Part shown: positions 45,812-46,864 of the stretch, in pieces | Position numbering within the stretch: the stretch's first letter is position 1 | How the letters are laid out: every line of letters starts with the position of its first letter | Assembly: GCA_000708835.1 (NCBI GenBank) | Contig: DF237187.1 | Location: forward strand, 84,995 to 131,858 | From: Klebsormidium nitens | Lineage: Eukaryota; Plantae; Klebsormidiophyceae | Reading direction: 5' to 3' | DNA: 46,864 nt | Position numbers and translations under genes: made by a program | The notes under the pieces: generated by a model | What the model was told of the DNA's origin: nothing | Database searches by the model: none | The model's input: the letters and a program-made list of their open reading frames with translations, nothing else

Positions 45812-46864
45812 CCAAGCAAGGTTTTGGCACTCTTTTGATCCCGGGGGTTGCATGCATGCATTTCCTGAGGGTCTTCAAGCCAAGTAAGCAAGCGGAGAAA
45901 GTCTTCATGCAAAGAGAGCTCAAAGACAGCCCAAACCACATTAGAAGCTCGTGTCACCTGACAAAATCTTTTTGCAATGCTTGCTTTCAATCATGTGATA
46001 CCTCAACCTGTAGTATTCCACAACCAATACAAGGAGTTAACCATTCAGATGCTTTTCACCAGCTCCTTACCGCCACAGCTCCTGGCATTATTGCCCACAG
46101 CACATTTGGTGCCCCCACTTTGTCTCCAACCATCCACCCAATCATGCTTTATCCGGGAATGATCTCAGCTTGGGAGTTATATGAGATGAGCATTATCCAA
46201 CACAGGACAGCGAAGCACCTGCAGCTCTATGGCAAACTTGCATTTTCACTTGTACGCCAGGACATAGAAGAAGCAACTCATTTACTTTTTGCTTTCTATG
46301 TAGCTTTGGTATTATGCTTTTTAATGTGGTCCAGTCCAGCAGCCTATGCAGCAAGCCTCTCCTTACTCTTATCAAATCATGAGCCTAAACTCATTCTTGC
46401 TCGGCCCCCTTTCAGCGGACAGCATGCTCTTCGTGCCCGCAACCATAGACGTAAGTGCTTTATTCAAAAGCTGCTGAATGTAATACAGTCAAATCTGCAG
46501 TGATCACATATCTTCTGCTCTTCTACATGCACACAGCCACGTCCTCGGGCCGCAAGCATTGGGTGCCACAGCCCCGTACGTCCTTCAACAAGATGTGCCG
46601 ACTCAGACGTCTCCGCAAGCTTCCCCACTTTATTGCCCAGCTTGGTCGTTGGTGTGCAGCAGTTGAGTCCTTTCTACTCACGTGCTGGTCACATACCTGC
46701 ATCTGCCTTGTAACGGCACGACTGCGCACCGACTTCTGGCTGCGCGCCAAACTCGCGGCCGCGCATCGTCCGTTATTATACGCTATCGACTTATTTGATA
46801 TATCGAATCACTACACGACACGTGTCTGGGTTACTGCTTCACCGCGTGACCGTCCGATAAGACC

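Noticed and set aside
45835-46503. 222-aa plus-strand ORF
   Set aside because: It starts at a non-ATG codon, lacks the GC3-rich codon bias of real exons here, has no motif, and contains an exon-like segment in another frame.

Overview
Eukaryotic, intron-rich genomic DNA with GT-AG introns, CTAAC/CTGAC-like branch points and GC3-rich exons. The plant-type gene set points to a streptophyte green alga such as Klebsormidium; this is an inference, not verified. Exon models were built by hand from splice signals and phase continuity. (1) The 3' part of a Pro/Thr-repeat 'root cap'-domain cell-surface protein gene (+, 1-2023). (2) A mitochondrial stomatin-like SPFH gene (-, 8 exons). (3) GID4/VID24 (-). 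(4) A TTAA-flanked 529-bp MITE-like element in a divergent promoter. (5) A plastid MSL2/3-type mechanosensitive channel gene (+, 9 exons). (6) A 16-exon plant-type MSP1-like AAA+ ATPase gene (+). (7) A phase-consistent but unrecognised coiled-coil/Cys-His gene (-, about 39.5-43.4 kb) that the ORF track shows only in fragments. (8) A possible small secreted protein at 45.5 kb. The most striking feature is a set of 'echo' copies of splice junctions (intron end plus exon start, or exon end plus donor) inside the neighbouring introns. These include a ladder of four decaying copies in front of the Walker B exon of the ATPase and an 82-bp tandem repeat of a donor junction. The echoes checked by translation would give frameshifts or premature stops if spliced in. 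Also notable are dense GTAC clusters at both ends of a divergent intergenic region and a shared motif of about 80 bp found three times. No tRNA, rRNA, CRISPR array or intact transposase/RT ORF was recognised by eye.
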